Source: a virus. From it: DNA of 64,000 nt. Position 1 is the first letter of the stretch; every line of letters starts with the position of its first letter. Shown piece by piece: positions 1-8,386 of this stretch. A program made the position numbers and the translations under genes. The notes beneath the pieces are model-generated. The model was not told where the DNA came from. It made no database searches and saw nothing but the letters and a program-made list of their open reading frames with translations. The stretch spans positions 1 through 64,000 of IMG/VR virus record IMGVR_UViG_3300029908_000007. One strand, given 5' to 3'.

Positions 1-103
1 CGTGCGATTCGAGCCAGGTTAGGGCGTGCGATTCGAGCCAGGTTACGGCGTATGGTTCGAGCCAGGTTAGGGCGTGCGATTCGAGCCAGGTTACGGCGTA
101 TGG
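1..103 (+). repeat. 24-nt coding tandem repeat (gcgt[gc/at]g[at/gt]tcgagccaggtta[g/c]g)
   Basis: About 4 adjacent units with no spacers, each encoding 8 aa. Confidence 0.95.
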
Positions 104-578
104 AAATTCTATGATAGCCGTACTATCTGCGCTTGTAATTTTGCACAAAATTAAACAATATGCAATTGTCGCGCTTGACGGCGTTAAGGTGAAATTGCCG
201 AAGAAAGATAAGACGGCTACGGTTATCAAGCGTAAATTGGTACTACACAACATTAAATCATTTGTTGACATCTACGATCTAAAGATAGAGGATGATTCGG
301 TTATTCTTTATAAATCGGTCAATCCTGATACGCTCTGCGATTTTCAAACAGGTAAGGTAAAGTATGAGGGTACCGTAGAGGCATTGGATTTTGATCCAAG
401 TAAGGAAAGGGAATGCGGAGGAGGATTGCATTTGTGTGCTACTCCGGAATTAACCCAAACTTTCAATGTAGGTAAGATATTGAAATGTAAAGTCAAGCTT
501 AAAGACATTGGAGTCTATGGCAAAAACATTATGAAAGTACGGTGTCGCAAGGTAGAGGTTTTGGGAGAGGTGGGGTAA
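3..578 (+). CDS. 8-aa repeat (beta-solenoid-like) protein with a C-terminal conserved phage domain; 5'-truncated
   Basis: The frame of ORF 111..578 is open back to position 3 (CDSSQVRA CDSSQVTA YGSSQVRA...). The C-terminal ECGGGLH...KVRCRKVEV domain is typical of such phage proteins. Confidence 0.8.
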   Translation, partial: CDSSQVRACDSSQVTAYGSSQVRACDSSQVTAYGNSMIAVLSALVILHKIKQYAIVALDGVKVKLPKKDKTATVIKRKLVLHNIKSFVDIYDLKIEDDSVILYKSVNPDTLCDFQTGKVKYEGTVEALDFDPSKERECGGGLHLCATPELTQTFNVGKILKCKVKLKDIGVYGKNIMKVRCRKVEVLGEVG

Positions 579-597
579 GGGTTGAAATTGATAACAA

Positions 598-630
598 ACT
601 TTTGGGTTATCCAAAAGTGTTTTTGAGGAG
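598..630 (+). promoter_or_regulatory. Intergenic repeat copy 1: ACTTTTGG-GTTAT-CCAAAAGT hairpin followed by GTTTTTGAGGAG (RBS)
   Basis: Perfect 8-bp inverted repeat; near-identical copy at 2330 and a degenerate copy at 1692. Confidence 0.75.
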
Positions 631-636
631 AACGGT

Positions 637-807
637 ATGGCACTTATATTTTGGGTTTGTTTGACTCTTGGTCTAACCGATACCTTGCTGGGGTTGGTCT
701 TCGCGAACACCGAGGCGCTTGTCTTGGGACTGCTGATGCTAGGCATAGACGTGGCGCTGGTATACCGGGGTAGAGTTAAAAATCGTAAGCAAGGAAATAA
801 GAATTGA
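637..807 (+). CDS. Small membrane protein (56 aa, 2 hydrophobic segments)
   Basis: GAGGAG RBS; MALIFWVCLTLGLTDTLLGLVFANTEALVLGLLMLGIDVALVYRGR...; below the ORF-track cutoff. Confidence 0.75.
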   Translation: MALIFWVCLTLGLTDTLLGLVFANTEALVLGLLMLGIDVALVYRGRVKNRKQGNKN

Positions 808-834
808 AAAGTGAATTTTAACAAAGGAGACTAT

Positions 835-1704
835 ATGAAGACTATGAAAACGCAGATTAAGGAAGCCGCTCTAGTGGTGTTGGGATTGGGATTGCTAGCT
901 ATTGCAGTAAGTGCGCTGACGGGTTGCGGACGCCAGGAGTTCTACCAAGGACTTCAAGGGCCTCAAGGAGCGCAGGGCAATACAGGAGCGCAGGGGCAAG
1001 GCGCTGGGGTTCAAGTAACCGAAGCTACTAGCTGTCCCGCTGGTGGTATTAACCTGGAAACATTTATCGATCCTTTCAATACGGGTATCTTTCAGACCGG
1101 CGATACAGTTACATCGTTGTCTACTATCTGTAATGGAAATAATGGCTCAAATGGTACGAATGGCCAAAACGGCGATAGCTTTCAGGTAACTCAGATCGCG
1201 GCTACAGTAGCACAATGTACTACGGGCGGTGTAGTTTATTCTACTACAGAAAAAGATGGCAACGGAAATGTGTTATCTACTAGTCAAGCCGTGGTTTGTA
1301 ATGGATTAGTTGGACAAACGGGAGCTACTGGAAATACTGGTGCTACGGGCGCGACTGGCCAAACAGGAGCTACAGGAGCCGCTGGCCAAAATGCACCGGC
1401 AATGCTTGGGGTTGAAAAGTTTATTGCTCCATGCGGAACTGCGAGCAGTCCTTGGAAGGAACAGCTTGTGTGTTTTTCAAACGGTACATTGCTTGCGGAC
1501 TTCAGTGCTACTATGTCCGGAGATGAGACTCGACTCAGCTTCATTCCAGCTGGGAGTTATGAAGATACCGATGCCAGCGGGTGTAACTTCAGTGTTGCGA
1601 TTGACAGTCATGGCAATAGTACGGTGAGCTACGCTGCGGGTAGCAACCAATACGCTACATGGGTGGCGGGTAGTCAAGTTTGTACTAATAGCTTGGGTAA
1701 CTAG
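835..1704 (+). CDS. Collagen-like repeat lipoprotein
   Basis: AAGGAG RBS before ATG 835; signal peptide with LTGC lipobox; G-x-x triplet runs alternating with CPAGG/CNG modules. Confidence 0.8.
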   Translation: MKTMKTQIKEAALVVLGLGLLAIAVSALTGCGRQEFYQGLQGPQGAQGNTGAQGQGAGVQVTEATSCPAGGINLETFIDPFNTGIFQTGDTVTSLSTICNGNNGSNGTNGQNGDSFQVTQIAATVAQCTTGGVVYSTTEKDGNGNVLSTSQAVVCNGLVGQTGATGNTGATGATGQTGATGAAGQNAPAMLGVEKFIAPCGTASSPWKEQLVCFSNGTLLADFSATMSGDETRLSFIPAGSYEDTDASGCNFSVAIDSHGNSTVSYAAGSNQYATWVAGSQVCTNSLGN

Positions 1705-1723
1705 AAAAGTGTTTTTGAGGAGG
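1692..1723 (+). promoter_or_regulatory. Intergenic repeat copy 2 (degenerate): CTTGGGTAACTAGAAAAGTGTTTTTGAGGAGG
   Basis: Shares AAAAGTGTTTTTGAGG with the copy at 598; precedes ATG 1728. Confidence 0.6.
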
Positions 1724-1727
1724 ACTT

Positions 1728-1898
1728 ATGGACGATGTTAAATTTATTAAAATAGTTTTCGCTTACGGAGTTGGTCAAAACAAGAGAACAGAATCTTTCG
1801 AAGTCGAGGAAGATATGTCTGACCAGGAATTAGATGAAATGCTCAATGACTGGATTTTAGAAAATGTCAATGGATACTGGAAAAAGGAAAATGTATGA
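1728..1898 (+). CDS. Small acidic hypothetical protein (56 aa)
   Basis: GAGGAGG RBS; MDDVKFIKIVFAYGVGQNKRTESFEVEED...; ATGA overlap with the next gene. Confidence 0.8.
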   Translation: MDDVKFIKIVFAYGVGQNKRTESFEVEEDMSDQELDEMLNDWILENVNGYWKKENV

Positions 1899-2326
1899 AA
1901 CTATTAATGATTGCGATGTTCTTGGTTCCCGGATTAGCTCTAGCAGATGGAAAGACTATGCCTAATGGACAGAAGTGTGCTGACGGCTGGCTCTGCGTGC
2001 CACCGGGCAAGCCTAAAATCCATAAGAAAATGGCACAGAAACCAAAACCGAAACCAGCACCTACAGTATGTCCTAAGCTGGTTGTGGTAGAGACCAAAGA
2101 AGTTGTGAAAGAAGTCCAGACAGTCCAGAACAACCACCTGAGACTCTTAGGTGGAGTTGGTCCTACCGGCTTAGGAGCGAGCGGAGTCAATCCAGTTGTC
2201 TTTACTACGAATCGAATGGCGGTATTTGGGCTGGGCTACGGCAGGAATGTCAGTGGACGATGGAGCCTGGAGGGTGAAGCCGAGACCAATGGAACGGTGA
2301 TGGTGGGTGTGGGTTATCAATGGTGA
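1895..2326 (+). CDS. Secreted/outer-membrane beta-strand protein
   Basis: Signal peptide (ALA-D), Lys/Pro linker, about 4 amphipathic beta-strands ending GVGYQW. Confidence 0.65.
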   Translation: MKLLMIAMFLVPGLALADGKTMPNGQKCADGWLCVPPGKPKIHKKMAQKPKPKPAPTVCPKLVVVETKEVVKEVQTVQNNHLRLLGGVGPTGLGASGVNPVVFTTNRMAVFGLGYGRNVSGRWSLEGEAETNGTVMVGVGYQW

Positions 2327-2329
2327 CAG

Positions 2330-2360
2330 CTTTTGGGTTATCCAAAAGTGTTTTTTGAGG
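2330..2360 (+). promoter_or_regulatory. Intergenic repeat copy 3: CTTTTGG-GTTAT-CCAAAAG-TGTTTTTTGAGG
   Basis: Near-identical to 598..630. Confidence 0.75.
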
Positions 2361-2373
2361 AAAAGGAGACCGA

Positions 2374-2625
2374 ATGAAATACCTAACATTGGCTTTACTG
2401 TTGCTTTCAGGATGTGTGAGGGATCTGCAAGTGGGCGAATGTATTATTATTCGACACAAAACCAAACCTGCTCAGGCTTTGAAAGTTGTTGAGGTAGGTG
2501 AGTATAGTGTTAAATTTATTGATACAATAGGCACTCACTTTATTATAACAAAAGAAGATTTGAATACTAATGGAATCGATAGACTAGATTGCTTCAACTT
2601 TTTTGATAAAGGCGGTGGCAAATGA
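2374..2625 (+). CDS. Small lipoprotein
   Basis: MKYLTLALLLLSGC lipobox; AAGGAG RBS. Confidence 0.75.
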   Translation: MKYLTLALLLLSGCVRDLQVGECIIIRHKTKPAQALKVVEVGEYSVKFIDTIGTHFIITKEDLNTNGIDRLDCFNFFDKGGGK

Positions 2626-2807
2626 ACAAAGCACAGAAAGTATTTTTGGAGTTACTGGTCTGGCTAGGGTATGTGCTGGTTACTATGGCCTCTCTGATAA
2701 ATGCTATGTTTGATAACAGTATGGGAGCCCAGCTATTGCCAGTAGTTCTAATAGGTTCTGGGATCGGTATGATATTCATCATCCTAGGCAAAGAGAGGAA
2801 CAAATGA
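2622..2807 (+). CDS. Small 2-TM membrane protein
   Basis: Two hydrophobic segments; ATGA overlaps at both ends. Confidence 0.7.
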   Translation: MNKAQKVFLELLVWLGYVLVTMASLINAMFDNSMGAQLLPVVLIGSGIGMIFIILGKERNK

Positions 2808-2992
2808 ACAATCAAGAAGTCAAAGATTACGCGCTCAAAGTCCTAACAAGTATTCGTATCTATTGTGAAACCAGTAGCGCCAGTGGATACAGCGAAGATA
2901 TGCTGGAATGTGTCAATAAAGAGCTTGAACCAATCCTGGAGATATGCAATAATTCGATTAGAAAGATTCGAGGACAAGATGAAAACATTTGA
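2804..2992 (+). CDS. Hypothetical protein
   Basis: GAGG RBS, translational coupling. Confidence 0.7.
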   Translation: MNNQEVKDYALKVLTSIRIYCETSSASGYSEDMLECVNKELEPILEICNNSIRKIRGQDENI

Positions 2993-3146
2993 AATCTTAT
3001 ACACTGCGACGGTAAAAACAGCTTATGTTGTCCAGGCCGAAACCAGTGAAGAGGCCGAGGCAAAGTTTGATAGAGGCGTCTATGGGCGTGAGAGAGAAAT
3101 AGACCTATACGATGTAGAAATTATTGCAACTAAGGAGATTCCATGA
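2979..3146 (+). CDS. Hypothetical protein (MKTFEILYT...)
   Basis: GAGGA RBS before ATG 2979, within ORF 2865..3146. Confidence 0.7.
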   Translation: MKTFEILYTATVKTAYVVQAETSEEAEAKFDRGVYGREREIDLYDVEIIATKEIP

Positions 3147-3397
3147 AAAACAAAGAACTCAAGCAATGGGATTTTGCCGCTGTCTTTGATGAACGCTATG
3201 GCCACCTCAACTTTGATTGCTACAACAAGCCACCACAAGAGAAGGGCTGGGCTCAAGTATTTGTTTGCGCGGAACAGCCTATTCCACAGGAATGGCGGGA
3301 TGCTTTTTTAGATGAGATTACCAGTGAAGACGTGGGTTATAAGAAGATGCTCGAAGAAGATCTAAGAACTTTTGGTGTAAGATGGCTGTCTTCGTAA
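3143..3397 (+). CDS. Hypothetical protein
   Basis: AAGGAG RBS, ATGA overlap. Confidence 0.7.
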   Translation: MKNKELKQWDFAAVFDERYGHLNFDCYNKPPQEKGWAQVFVCAEQPIPQEWRDAFLDEITSEDVGYKKMLEEDLRTFGVRWLSS

Positions 3398-3469
3398 GCG
3401 TTACGTTACTATCAATTGCTTGGTTTATGGTTGGATGGCACGTTGGTGAATTTTATAGAGGGAAATGAT

Positions 3470-3694
3470 ATGAAGTTTAAATTTAACGATAAGGTTAGGG
3501 TTACTCAAGAAGGTTTTTATGAAGGTTGTACGGGAAGAGTGAAGAGCTACGCAAAATTCGATGTCTCTCCAACGAAACAAATTTGTTACGATGTAGACTT
3601 CAAAGGCCAACAAGCTCAATTCTGGCAACACGAGTTGGAGTTGTTTGTAAAGCCACGACCAAAACCTACGCCTACGCCTTCTAAGGTACGATGA
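3470..3694 (+). CDS. Small KOW/SH3-like domain protein
   Basis: FKFNDKVRVTQEGFYEGCTGRV pattern; GAGGG RBS. Confidence 0.6.
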   Translation: MKFKFNDKVRVTQEGFYEGCTGRVKSYAKFDVSPTKQICYDVDFKGQQAQFWQHELELFVKPRPKPTPTPSKVR

Positions 3695-3695
3695 G

Positions 3696-4199
3696 GTGAC
3701 ACTTAAACGCGCCTTCAAATACAGCCTAGCCCTCCACGCCGTCTTGCTATTCCTCATGGCGGGCAGTCCCACCGGATGTGGTGGCGGTGGTAAAGGTGAC
3801 AGCGACAGCGATGGCAAAGATAAAAAGAATGGTGGCGGCGAAAAGAAACAGCGTATTGTGGAGAAGCCCCATGTAACCAAGATCGATCTCGTCGATCCTT
3901 CCGAGGTCGGTGAGGGTAAAAAGAAACCAAAGTATAAAGATCGAGACTGTGGAAAATATTCTTGGTTTGGGGGCGTGGGTTTAGAAGAAAGTACGTCGAT
4001 CACTGGCACCAAGGTAGTCGTCAATATTTATAAAGATTATCCCGCCTACAAAGCTGGCGTGCGTGTAGGAGATGTACTTGGTAATCCCGGTATGTTAAAG
4101 GGACCTCCTGGAACTCAGGTCAAGATCATGTATTCCAGAAATGGAAAATATTACGCCGTTGAAGTTATCAGAGAGAAGATCTGTGTTGAAGACAATTAA
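3696..4199 (+). CDS. Membrane-anchored PDZ-domain protein with TonB/TolA-like anchor
   Basis: N-terminal SLALHAVLL helix (SxxxH); C-terminal FGGVGL...YPAYKAGVRVGD...GPPGTQVKI PDZ signature. Confidence 0.7.
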   Translation: MTLKRAFKYSLALHAVLLFLMAGSPTGCGGGGKGDSDSDGKDKKNGGGEKKQRIVEKPHVTKIDLVDPSEVGEGKKKPKYKDRDCGKYSWFGGVGLEESTSITGTKVVVNIYKDYPAYKAGVRVGDVLGNPGMLKGPPGTQVKIMYSRNGKYYAVEVIREKICVEDN

Positions 4200-4512
4200 T
4201 TGTGAAATCCAGGGATGCTCGCGGAAGATAAGAGCAAGGAAGCTCTGTAGCACTCACTATAATCGCATGATGAAAAAGGGAAGACTTCAAAAACTCCATG
4301 TATTCGATGGCCGTTGCAAAGACTGCGAACAACCCAAGATTAGAATTAGAAGCGAACGCAGGAAGTCTAAGACCAGCTTTCATTACGTCGATGATCGTGG
4401 ACGTTTGTGGAATGGATTTGTCTGTCCTGATTGCAAGAACCCGAAACTATTGGTGAATAATAAGACAAAAAAACGCAAAGAAAGTGTTGACGATGATTTC
4501 ATTTATTGCTAA
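4141..4512 (+). CDS. Cys-rich zinc-finger protein (true start probably near 4183)
   Basis: CEIQGC...LCSTHY, CKDC, CPDC motifs. Confidence 0.6.
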   Translation: MENITPLKLSERRSVLKTINCEIQGCSRKIRARKLCSTHYNRMMKKGRLQKLHVFDGRCKDCEQPKIRIRSERRKSKTSFHYVDDRGRLWNGFVCPDCKNPKLLVNNKTKKRKESVDDDFIYC

Positions 4513-4531
4513 GTTGGTTATGAGGTGACCT

Positions 4532-5071
4532 ATGCTTGGATCTAGACCACTGGAAAATAAAGAAATCGAATTAATGCTAGCTGAAATGCGTTGTCTGCGC
4601 GACCAATGTCTCCTGGTTGTAGGGCTCAAAACTGGATTTAGAATCAGCGAGCTGCTCAGCTTAACCGTAGACAGCGTCATGCAATACGGAGAAATCAGGA
4701 ACTCTATTACCGTCAGTCGGGCCAATATGAAGGGTAAGATCAGCAGTAGAACCGTGGTACTTCACGACGACGCTAAGAAGATTCTCAAAGAATATTTGTC
4801 ACAAAAACAGCTACAAATTTGTGACAAACTCTTCCCTATTAGTAGGATGCAAGCCAGCAGAATCATTAGGAATGCAGCTAAGCGTGCGCGAGTAGGGGGT
4901 AAGGTGACCAGCCATAGCTGCCGCAAGACGTTTGCTAAGAAAGTTTATTACGCTTTGAAGAAAGATCTCATCTCTACACAGAAAGCGTTGGGCCATAAAA
5001 GCGTTAATAGTACGGTGAGCTATCTTAGTTTCGACCAGAACGAAATCGACGCAGCAATTAAGGGTGTATAG
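4532..5071 (+). CDS. Tyrosine recombinase (catalytic domain only)
   Basis: TGFRISELL (R), HSCRKT (HxxR), LGH, VSYL (Y nucleophile); only 179 aa. Confidence 0.93.
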   Translation: MLGSRPLENKEIELMLAEMRCLRDQCLLVVGLKTGFRISELLSLTVDSVMQYGEIRNSITVSRANMKGKISSRTVVLHDDAKKILKEYLSQKQLQICDKLFPISRMQASRIIRNAAKRARVGGKVTSHSCRKTFAKKVYYALKKDLISTQKALGHKSVNSTVSYLSFDQNEIDAAIKGV

Positions 5072-5140
5072 GTATTAGATAGTGACTACAAGTTCTACGG
5101 ATTTAAAAAGTTGGTGATTTGAAAACATTGGGAAATTAAT

Positions 5141-5156
5141 TGGCACGAAGATAGCA
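5141..5156 (+). promoter_or_regulatory. Sigma54-type (-24/-12) promoter TGGCACGAAGATAGCA
   Basis: Matches TGGCACG-N4-TTGCW with 1 mismatch and correct GG/GC spacing; intergenic, upstream of the AGGAG RBS of 5184. Confidence 0.7.
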
Positions 5157-5183
5157 ATAGATATAAAATAGGAGATTAACAAA

Positions 5184-5717
5184 ATGTCAAAATTTACAAA
5201 CGCATTAGTTCCTTCGGTTCAACGCTTGATCGATGCCCTGCAGGTAAGTGTTATGACTTTATCTGAGATCCAAGAAGATCCCGAACTTGCAAAGGCTTTC
5301 GAAAACGTTCCCAGCGATTATCAGGGATGCTATCATCCCGTAGAAGACGTCATCATGATTAGAGATGAATACCTGTACAACTCTACTGAGATCGTTCTTC
5401 ACGAACTCATTCACTGGGCTGGTGCTGAAGGCCGATTGAACCGTAAATGGATTTTAAATAGTCGAGCTGCGATGATGACGTCAGACGCAGACGTTATCAG
5501 CGATCTTATGGATACCAAAGATACCGAAGAAGCTACGGCTCAGATCGGGATGTTAAAGCTGGTAATCGTATTGGGACTAAATCCCGCGCTGTACAGCGAT
5601 CTTACCTTGGAATACCTGGAGAGTCTGCTTAGCTTTAATCTGGCCAAAGCGGATCGGGACAGTGATAAGGCCGTGGAACACTTGGTTAGCTTTCTAGGGA
5701 TGCGGAAGGTGGCGTGA
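5184..5717 (+). CDS. Zincin metallopeptidase, ArdC/polyvalent-protein (MPTase) type
   Basis: HELIHWAGAEGRLNR followed by EEATAQIG, resembling the ArdC C-terminal domain. Confidence 0.8.
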   Translation: MSKFTNALVPSVQRLIDALQVSVMTLSEIQEDPELAKAFENVPSDYQGCYHPVEDVIMIRDEYLYNSTEIVLHELIHWAGAEGRLNRKWILNSRAAMMTSDADVISDLMDTKDTEEATAQIGMLKLVIVLGLNPALYSDLTLEYLESLLSFNLAKADRDSDKAVEHLVSFLGMRKVA

Positions 5718-6022
5718 TGAAATACCTACTTGTGTTGATGGTGTTATTGAGTGGGTGCAACAGCAGTCCAAAGTTTAAAGTGGGGGACTTGGTTTGTAGC
5801 AATTCTGCTGTTGAGAGCGAGTTCTCGCGCACTTTGACGGCCAATGACATTACAATGGTTAGAATTGAAAAAGTAGGAAAGAAACACTATCTTTACGTAA
5901 TCTGGAACCATTACGATCAAGTCTGGATCAAAAGTGAGCCCTACGAGGATTCGTTTCGGCTACTAGATGACTACAGGCATATCTGTACTAATGACGAATT
6001 AATGGCTGTCAGCTTCGAATAA
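5714..6022 (+). CDS. Small lipoprotein
   Basis: MKYLLVLMVLLSGC lipobox. Confidence 0.75.
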   Translation: MMKYLLVLMVLLSGCNSSPKFKVGDLVCSNSAVESEFSRTLTANDITMVRIEKVGKKHYLYVIWNHYDQVWIKSEPYEDSFRLLDDYRHICTNDELMAVSFE

Positions 6023-6032
6023 AGGAGAACGC

Positions 6033-6224
6033 GTGTCAGAAGAATTGGTTTTGTTAAGAGAATATGCTAGTAGTTTGGGTTTAATAGGCAAAGAACTTGA
6101 TGACGAAGACTGGGCCATGCTAAGAGCTGAACTTAACGATGCCGGAGAGTTCGGTCTGTACGGATGGGTTCGGGGACTTAAGAGCGCAAAAGAATTAGAA
6201 GAGTACTTGGGAGAAGAAGAATGA
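6033..6224 (+). CDS. Hypothetical acidic protein
   Basis: AAGGAG RBS, GTG start. Confidence 0.65.
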   Translation: MSEELVLLREYASSLGLIGKELDDEDWAMLRAELNDAGEFGLYGWVRGLKSAKELEEYLGEEE

Positions 6225-6442
6225 TTCATGGTAAGAACTGTATCGTCTATGTTTGCACTTGTAAAAAGCTCGTTCCCTTCGAGAAACTTAAGAAACTAAT
6301 AGCCGAAGATCCAATTATAGAAGCCATTGTTTTGGATAGAATGAGATCTCTGTTAGCCGCAAACGCTCTTCTATTTGAAGATAAATATATCTCGCCAGAA
6401 GACGCGGCATTTTTGAGAAGCTTTAATAAAAAGAAAGACTAG
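6221..6442 (+). CDS. Hypothetical protein
   Basis: ATGA overlap; convergent with 6439..6930. Confidence 0.6.
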   Translation: MIHGKNCIVYVCTCKKLVPFEKLKKLIAEDPIIEAIVLDRMRSLLAANALLFEDKYISPEDAAFLRSFNKKKD

Positions 6443-6930
6443 CCTTCATTCTCCGAATTGTTCAATCTACGTATGGCTTCAAAATTAAGGCCCCCCTGGG
6501 AGGGCAATTTCTCGGCTTCGGGTTTCGTGTTTTCAGAAGTGGCTTCTTCAAAAGACTTAATAACCTTCTTTTCCAAGCTTTTATGGATGGACCGACCGGT
6601 CCTGACTCTATCCGCTTCGTCTTCCACGATCCTTCGCATTTCGTCGCGTATCGCCTGCTCTTTTTTCTGGTCGTAATCGGGATCCGAAAGATGGCCAAGC
6701 AAATCGCGTAAATCGTCGATACGCTCTTCTTTATCCCAATCCGAGAGTTGGTCGGCGTAAACCATCTTGATGACAAAAGCGGGATCCAACGCCATGACTT
6801 CGAGCAAGGGTGTATAGAACTTTTGAGAGTAGCGACGGCAATAGTCTTCGTAGACGGAGATCTCCGACGCCTGAAGCTTGTCGGCTAAAGCCAAAGCCTG
6901 GGCGGTCTGGAGGACGTCTATGAAGGACAT
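6439..6930 (-). CDS. Hypothetical protein, possibly tail-assembly related
   Basis: 163 aa ORF in an operon with 8387..8863. Confidence 0.55.
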   Translation of the reverse strand: MSFIDVLQTAQALALADKLQASEISVYEDYCRRYSQKFYTPLLEVMALDPAFVIKMVYADQLSDWDKEERIDDLRDLLGHLSDPDYDQKKEQAIRDEMRRIVEDEADRVRTGRSIHKSLEKKVIKSFEEATSENTKPEAEKLPSQGGLNFEAIRRLNNSENEG

Positions 6931-6931
6931 A

Positions 6932-7273
6932 TTAAGTCAGACGAGTTTTCAGCATAAAGGGTTCGGAGTCGGCATTACCGCTTCCTCCGGATTGGATTGA
7001 ACCCAGAGGAAGGCCTGGCCCTGTTAGAGTAATACTACCGCCGTTCGGACTCTCGGAAACGCTCACATTACCATAAGGGAATCCTGGGCCAGGGGGATAG
7101 GTTAAGCCAGGATACGCGGGATTGTACGGAGGTGTATAGGGTAGGGTCTGAACACTGGGAAGGAACGAAACAGCGGGAGCGTTGAGACGTTGGATTTCTT
7201 TTTCCAAAAGTCCAATGATCTTTTCTTTGTCGGCGATAGTGGCTTTGAGAGCGGTGATTAGTTCTTGTTCCAT
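6932..7273 (-). CDS. Coiled-coil, Pro-rich hypothetical protein
   Basis: GAGG RBS; tight packing. Confidence 0.6.
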   Translation of the reverse strand: MEQELITALKATIADKEKIIGLLEKEIQRLNAPAVSFLPSVQTLPYTPPYNPAYPGLTYPPGPGFPYGNVSVSESPNGGSITLTGPGLPLGSIQSGGSGNADSEPFMLKTRLT

Positions 7274-7274
7274 A

Positions 7275-8384
7275 TTATTCCTCTTTATCAGAAATTAAAG
7301 TTTTTAGATCAGTATTTACTTCGTTAATGAGAGATTCGATCTCCCCCAAAAAGTGTTGCTCTTCTTTTTTTGATTGCCATTTCTTTTCTTCTTCATATTG
7401 TCTCTTGAGTTTTTTATCAAGATATTCTTTCTGTTCTTTACAACTTTTAAGATACGCGTCTTGGCGCTCTTTTGCTTCGTGTTCAAAGATATTAACTTCT
7501 TCGATTTCATAAGTTTTACGAAGTTCGGAATTACCAATAGCTCCTTCGAGTGTTTCAGTTTTAAGACCAAAAAGTTTATTAAGAGCTTCTGGTTTGTATC
7601 CTTCTTCCCGCCATTTTTCTTTGCCCACTAATTTTTCAAGTCTTCGATCATCCAGAAATAAGAGACAACCCAATACATAAGAAAGTTCTCCGGAACCAGT
7701 TGTGTCCGCTAATTGGAGTTGAAAGGGCATCGCTAGATGGCCTACAATAAGTTTCCTACCAGATAAAATTTTAAGATCATTTGTAAGGATTTCAACAGCC
7801 TTATCACGATTAGATTCGTCAAAACTGAGAGATAGATAACGACAAGGGGTAACGCGACGCGTATAGCCCGCTATGGGCAGGAGTGGAATAGATTTGATAT
7901 TGCCACGGAGTGCCCATAGACCATCGTCTCCTAGTTTGTGGTCGGGCATCCCACCTAACTTTTCCCATTGATCTTTGGCCCATTTGGTATTGATTTTATT
8001 TACAATCCAATTATAGGGGATAGCAATGGGATTTAAAAGATATTTATACCATTCCGATCTGCAATTATATTGGTATAACATGCTTTTAATTTTTTGTTTC
8101 TCCAACTGTTTTTTTATCTCGGGGAAATTTTCTAACACATCTTTGGCTTCTTGAATCGCCAATACACCAATACCATAAGCATTGTTTACTTTTGGCATTT
8201 CAACGGCAACACTATTGTCACCAGTTTCTTTTTTGACGTATTCGACAACCATTTCCTCTACGGATTTATTGTCTGATAGGGCTTTGCCGAGTGTAACATA
8301 GTAATGTTTGATCTTATTCCCTTCAAGAATTCTAGCATAGGTTGTTGAAAGTCCAATAGTGGCTAAGCGTCTAAGTACAATCAT
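7275..8384 (-). CDS. Hypothetical protein (369 aa)
   Basis: Long ORF with AAGGA RBS. Confidence 0.75.
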   Translation of the reverse strand: MIVLRRLATIGLSTTYARILEGNKIKHYYVTLGKALSDNKSVEEMVVEYVKKETGDNSVAVEMPKVNNAYGIGVLAIQEAKDVLENFPEIKKQLEKQKIKSMLYQYNCRSEWYKYLLNPIAIPYNWIVNKINTKWAKDQWEKLGGMPDHKLGDDGLWALRGNIKSIPLLPIAGYTRRVTPCRYLSLSFDESNRDKAVEILTNDLKILSGRKLIVGHLAMPFQLQLADTTGSGELSYVLGCLLFLDDRRLEKLVGKEKWREEGYKPEALNKLFGLKTETLEGAIGNSELRKTYEIEEVNIFEHEAKERQDAYLKSCKEQKEYLDKKLKRQYEEEKKWQSKKEEQHFLGEIESLINEVNTDLKTLISDKEE

Positions 8385-8386
8385 TT

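Noticed and set aside
1-103. 24-nt repeats resembling a CRISPR array
   Set aside because: The units are contiguous with no unique spacers and encode an in-frame 8-aa protein repeat
3437-3452. Second sigma54-like site TGGCACGTTGGTGAA
   Set aside because: The -24 box is present but the -12 GC is missing
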